64,000 nt of DNA. Origin: Cellvibrionales bacterium (lineage in GTDB: Bacteria > Pseudomonadota > Gammaproteobacteria > Pseudomonadales > JAHEIH01). Shown piece by piece: positions 57,140-64,000 of the stretch. A program made the translations under genes and the position numbers. The stretch's first letter is position 1; each line of letters begins with the position of its first letter. The notes beneath the pieces are model-generated. The model was not told the DNA's origin. It searched no databases and was given only the letters and a program-made list of their open reading frames with translations. The stretch is from assembly GCA_024639455.1 (NCBI GenBank), contig JAHEIH010000003.1, forward strand, positions 85,276 through 149,275, given 5' to 3'.

Positions 57140-58042
57140 ATGGCACAGTGGGCAGAGCAGCATAGACGATATTTCTGCAGCGTCAAACGAGCGCTGTATG
57201 TTTTGTTGTGCCTGTTTTTTAGCGCTGCGCTTCACGCTCAATCAAATATCATTATTTTTGCACCTTCCGGCGATCAATTGGCTGATCGAACCGCCGGCGA
57301 TGTAAAACAACTCTTAGCTGAGCGTGACGTTTCAGCCAATATTGTTAACAGTATCGACGAACTTTCTGACCAGTTGGATGCCAATTCGCGCGTGCTCGCT
57401 ATTGGTAATCGAGCCTGCGACGCGGCCATGTTTGAGGTCGTTGGCGTCGAGGTGCTTTGTGGCCTGATTAATCATTACTTCCAGCCAGGTGATATTGGTT
57501 TAACGAACGTTGCTTATTTGCCACTTGAGGTGCCGTCCACGGAATATTTTAAATTAGCAAAACTGATGGTGCCCCAGGCCGAGACTGTCGGTGTATTGCT
57601 TGGCCCTGAATCCCACCATCGCGAAAGGTATTACAGCGCTTTAGCGCAAGCAGAGGGAATGCAAGCAGAGCTTTCATTGCTATCGCTCACATCTAATCCA
57701 GTGACCTCGTTAGATCCTGCCATGCGCAAGAGCCAAGTATTTATGGTGCTGCCTGATGCGGCGGATTTTAACCGAGCGGTAGCGCCCTGGGTATTGCAAC
57801 TGAGTTTACGTTACCGCATGCCCTTATTAGGTTACTCGTTTAACTATGCCAACGCGGGGGCTATAGCGTCGTTATACCAATCGCGCGAAGATTTAGCCGC
57901 CAATTTGGTGAATCGATTGTTTGACGCTAAGGCAATCATGCAATTTAGTATCCGTCTTAACTACGCGGTGGCGCAGAATTTAGGCATTGAATTGTTTTCT
58001 GAGCAGGAGTACCTCGAATTGCTGCGTGGTAAGCAGCCATGA
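57140..58042 (+). CDS. periplasmic substrate-binding-like protein (ABC_sub_bind/COG2984-like), orphan
   Basis: Signal peptide (LLCLFFSAALHA|Q). Alternating beta-alpha pattern resembling COG2984 binding proteins (..VLAIGNRA.., ..TVGVLLGP.., ..PLLGYSFNYANAGAIASL..). Family assignment is from memory only. Confidence 0.5.
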   Translation: MAQWAEQHRRYFCSVKRALYVLLCLFFSAALHAQSNIIIFAPSGDQLADRTAGDVKQLLAERDVSANIVNSIDELSDQLDANSRVLAIGNRACDAAMFEVVGVEVLCGLINHYFQPGDIGLTNVAYLPLEVPSTEYFKLAKLMVPQAETVGVLLGPESHHRERYYSALAQAEGMQAELSLLSLTSNPVTSLDPAMRKSQVFMVLPDAADFNRAVAPWVLQLSLRYRMPLLGYSFNYANAGAIASLYQSREDLAANLVNRLFDAKAIMQFSIRLNYAVAQNLGIELFSEQEYLELLRGKQP

Positions 58043-60690
58043 TCCTGCCTCAGTTACGTCGCATTCGCTGGATGATGGTGTTAATTGCCATCATCCCAGT
58101 GACGTTGGTGTCGCTGTTTTTTACTGTCTATATGTATCAACAGCGCAGTAGTGATGGCGAGGCAAATCTCATTAGTCGTGGCAGTGACAGCGTAAAATAC
58201 ATGGCTTCAAACGCCGAGTTGGCTGTTTTCTCTGGCAACGAAGAGGCCATGAGTAAGCTTGCCTCGCAAATGATGAAACTGCCGGATGTGCGAAATGTTG
58301 CCTACTTTAACAACCGTCGAGACATCTTATTTGAGAAAGGCGCCGTCGCACCGCTGAGCATTAGCGATCTTTTCCAGTGCAACACTAGCGGTGTTTATTA
58401 TCGCGAAAATCTCTTGTTTTTCTGTGAAGAGATCGTTGCAGAACTTCCCGTTATCGATGATTTTGGGGCGGGGCAACCCAACCTCTCCACCCGAATAGGC
58501 TGGGTGACACTCGCGCTCGATACTGAAAATCTACATATTTATCGGGGTGAAGTTTTAGTTGCCTCCATCCTTGCAGGTACCTTATTGATGCTGCTCGGGG
58601 CCTTACTTGCCGCACAGTTTTCATTTATTCTCGCCCGGCCGATTCACGCGCTCGCGCAACGAGTTCAACAAGTTGATAGATCTGAACCCAAGCCCAATAT
58701 GGGGCGTATGCCTGTGGAAGAGCTGGAGGTTCTCAGCGAAGCGATTGAAACGATGTTGCTAGATTCGGAGAAAAGCCAGGAACTACTTCGTAGCCAGGTG
58801 GATCAGGCGACTGAAGCGTTGCGCAAGGTGAATGAGGATCTGCTGCAACGCAACGTGTTATTGCAAGGTGCCCAGCAGAAGTTAGAAATGGCCGCTAAAT
58901 CCAAAGACATGTTTTTGGCGCGGGTGAGCCATGAACTTCGTTCGCCATTGACCACGGTGATGGGGTACGCCGGTTTGCTAAAAGATATGTCCCATAATAG
59001 CCAAGAGCACGAGTACATTAATAATATTTCGGTCGCAACCAAATCGCTGCTCTATATCATCGATGACATCCTGACGTTGTCTAAAGTGAGTGAAGGCAAG
59101 CTGGTGATTGACCAGCGCATGCATGATTTGGAAGAGTTTCTCTCTGCGCTGATCAGTCAGCATGCGTTTCGCGCCAGTGACAAGGGCATCGAGTTGTTGG
59201 TTAATATCGATCGCGAAGTGCCCAAAAAACTCTTCATTGATGACCAGCGCCTTCGACAGGTACTGAGTAATTTTATTAACAATTCTATCAAGTTTACCGA
59301 GCGAGGTGAAATCAGTATTGATGTGTGCCTGAGCACTGAAACTAACGAATTGTGTTTCACGGTGCGTGATAGTGGGATGGGAATTTCGCCGGAAACTATC
59401 GAAAAACTTTTCCAACCCTTTACCCAGGCAGACGAGAGCATTTCACGGCGCTTCGGAGGTTCGGGGCTAGGGTTGGCTATTTCAAAACAGCTCGCCCAGC
59501 TAATGAATGGGCGTATCGAATTGAAAAGCGAGCTAAACGAAGGGACAGAGGCATTTTTGTACATCGCTCTCGATGACGACTCCATGGCCAATATCGATCG
59601 TAGTCAACCTTTGAATGCCTTGATTCTTGCGTTTGATGAGTCGGCGGTGGTGCGTGCTTCGTGGCGACGCTTGCTAACACAAAAAGTATCTGATGTGATA
59701 CTTCCGGGGGCATGGGAAAAGGCGATCGGTCTGATGGATGAGCAGGCGGTGGACGTGGTGGTATTGGGTGTCTCTGGGCAAAATATAAAAAGTGACATTT
59801 TGCACGAAAAAATAGCGCAAGTGCGTAGTGTTCACGAAGGCCTTATCGCCATCAGTTATCCAGTGGGTCAAATCAAGGATGCCTCAATAGAAAAAATTCA
59901 GGGCGAATGTTCCGGCGTGCAATTTATGCAAAAGCCGCTTATGCCTCATGCCATTAGTGCTTTATTTAACAACGTTGATTCGATCGAAAATGACGACGCT
60001 ACTAGTGCACATAACGTGCTTCAAGGGCTGAAAATTTTATTGGTTGAAGATCAAGATATTATTCGTCGTTTTATTGCCTTATTACTGCAAAGCTATGGTG
60101 CAAAAGTGACCCCTTTTTCGCACGCCGAAGAGGCACTTGAGCACTATGAAGCGTCGGTGTGGGATGTGGTTTTATCTGATTTGCACATGCCCGACATTAA
60201 CGGCGAGGACTTTTTCACCCGTTTATCCTCTAGATGTAAAGATGTTCTTCCACCGTTTTATATCATTACCGCCGACAATGCAGCTAAAGAACACCGTCGC
60301 TTAGAGGCACTGGGTATTACTGGGGTTATATCTAAACCCATCAGCGAACAAGATTTCATCGCGACCCTGTCGCGCCATCAAACCACACATATTGGTGATG
60401 AAGTAGGTCAGCGAGGATTACTGGAGGGCCTTGTAGACCAAGCTGAGGTCGGCGCAGAGTTAAAGACGCTGTTAGACGCGGCTGCATCGTGCTTGGCGTC
60501 AGGGGATTGGCAGGGTTTGCGAGAAAATGCCCATAAGATCAAGGGCTTGGCCGGGGTTGGTCGCATGGTAGAGCTGTTGCCTCTCGCCTCGGCCTTGTCG
60601 GAAAAGGCCCATCGCCAAGATGTGGTGGGTATTACTACGTACCTTGATCAGTTGTTCGATTACACGTCTGAAGGCTCAACGCATGGCTAG
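58039..60690 (+). CDS. hybrid sensor histidine kinase (periplasmic sensor-HAMP-HisKA-HATPase-pseudoREC-REC-Hpt)
   Basis: Two TM helices flanking a ~150-aa periplasmic domain. H-box LARVSHELRSPL. GGSGLGLAISKQL. REC with VVLSDLHMPD. Hpt AHKIKGLAG. ATGA overlap with the upstream gene. Confidence 0.88.
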   Translation: MILPQLRRIRWMMVLIAIIPVTLVSLFFTVYMYQQRSSDGEANLISRGSDSVKYMASNAELAVFSGNEEAMSKLASQMMKLPDVRNVAYFNNRRDILFEKGAVAPLSISDLFQCNTSGVYYRENLLFFCEEIVAELPVIDDFGAGQPNLSTRIGWVTLALDTENLHIYRGEVLVASILAGTLLMLLGALLAAQFSFILARPIHALAQRVQQVDRSEPKPNMGRMPVEELEVLSEAIETMLLDSEKSQELLRSQVDQATEALRKVNEDLLQRNVLLQGAQQKLEMAAKSKDMFLARVSHELRSPLTTVMGYAGLLKDMSHNSQEHEYINNISVATKSLLYIIDDILTLSKVSEGKLVIDQRMHDLEEFLSALISQHAFRASDKGIELLVNIDREVPKKLFIDDQRLRQVLSNFINNSIKFTERGEISIDVCLSTETNELCFTVRDSGMGISPETIEKLFQPFTQADESISRRFGGSGLGLAISKQLAQLMNGRIELKSELNEGTEAFLYIALDDDSMANIDRSQPLNALILAFDESAVVRASWRRLLTQKVSDVILPGAWEKAIGLMDEQAVDVVVLGVSGQNIKSDILHEKIAQVRSVHEGLIAISYPVGQIKDASIEKIQGECSGVQFMQKPLMPHAISALFNNVDSIENDDATSAHNVLQGLKILLVEDQDIIRRFIALLLQSYGAKVTPFSHAEEALEHYEASVWDVVLSDLHMPDINGEDFFTRLSSRCKDVLPPFYIITADNAAKEHRRLEALGITGVISKPISEQDFIATLSRHQTTHIGDEVGQRGLLEGLVDQAEVGAELKTLLDAAASCLASGDWQGLRENAHKIKGLAGVGRMVELLPLASALSEKAHRQDVVGITTYLDQLFDYTSEGSTHG

Positions 60691-60996
60691 TCAATCGTAT
60701 TAATGCTATTGAGCTAACGCCTATGTATTTGTGCTAAATAACGATTTAATTTCCTACATGTTTTGACGATAATTTATTTGCGGTTCGGCAGGATGCCCTT
60801 TAAAGATGAACACTAGGATGGTGGGTAACGATCATCCACCCAAAGGACTGGGGGAAATTCCCTTCAAACAATCCATCTTTTCTAATAATTCTCACTAATG
60901 CAATTTTAGACACCTACGTGGCGTCGAATGACACATTCAATCCCCGCATCATGTAACTACAATCATACCCTCAATAAATCCAAGGAACAGACAACC

Positions 60997-64000
<3,004 letters not shown>

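Noticed and set aside
60691-60996. A 306-nt AT-rich region upstream of fadB, examined for FadR-type (ANCTGGTCNGACNTGTT) or PsrA-type (SAAAC-N2-4-GTTTS) operators and for an sRNA.
   Set aside because: No convincing palindrome matches either consensus. The only hairpin (GGTGG-11 nt-CCACC, ~60826-60850) is short and lacks a T-run.

Overview
A 64-kb chromosomal window from a gammaproteobacterium, almost fully coding: I call 55 CDS. By eye I found no rRNA, tRNA, CRISPR array, IS element or integrase. As I recall it, gene order closely parallels Pseudomonas aeruginosa PAO1 PA4542-PA4562 (clpB, yfiH, rluD, comL/bamD, pilS, pilR, fimT, fimU-pilVWXY1Y2E, lytB/ispH, fkpB, lspA, ileS, ribF, mviN/murJ), but with informative rearrangements. 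From left to right: (1) An ECF sigma/ChrR anti-sigma pair, followed by a translationally coupled SnoaL-like/SDR/FAD-oxidase operon. Both units are preceded by the same GAAWCC-N16-CGTA motif. (2) A FAN1-like VRR-NUC nuclease coupled to a PD-(D/E)XK-XPD/DinG Fe-S helicase. (3) An MHYT sensor with a degenerate GGDEF domain, a Baeyer-Villiger monooxygenase, prfC, gpx, an SNF transporter and a truncated haemoglobin. (4) A DUF4404 gene plus an uncharacterised 377-aa gene, then selO, hemB, a standalone cNMP-binding protein, class I fumarase, sbcB, an ABC exporter, an orphan E. coli-type pyrB, nudF and murJ-ribF-ileS-lspA-fkpB-ispH. (5) A markedly AT-rich type IV pilus minor-pilin cassette at about 36.8-42.8 kb. 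Its PilV-like gene is expanded to 962 aa by a Cys-rich, cadherin-like adhesin extension, and no pilY1 is present. I consider this the most novel element in the window. (6) A second FimT-like pilin, then pilR and pilS separated by an opposite-strand dbpA. (7) nadE, bamD, rluD, pgeF and clpB. (8) A four-gene operon of LuxR-type response regulator, TonB-dependent receptor, orphan periplasmic binding-like protein and hybrid HK with Hpt. It looks like an outer-membrane-to-cytoplasm sensing module with no ABC importer. (9) fadB and a partial fadA. All functional calls rest on motifs read from the supplied translations and on remembered family signatures. No database search was run.
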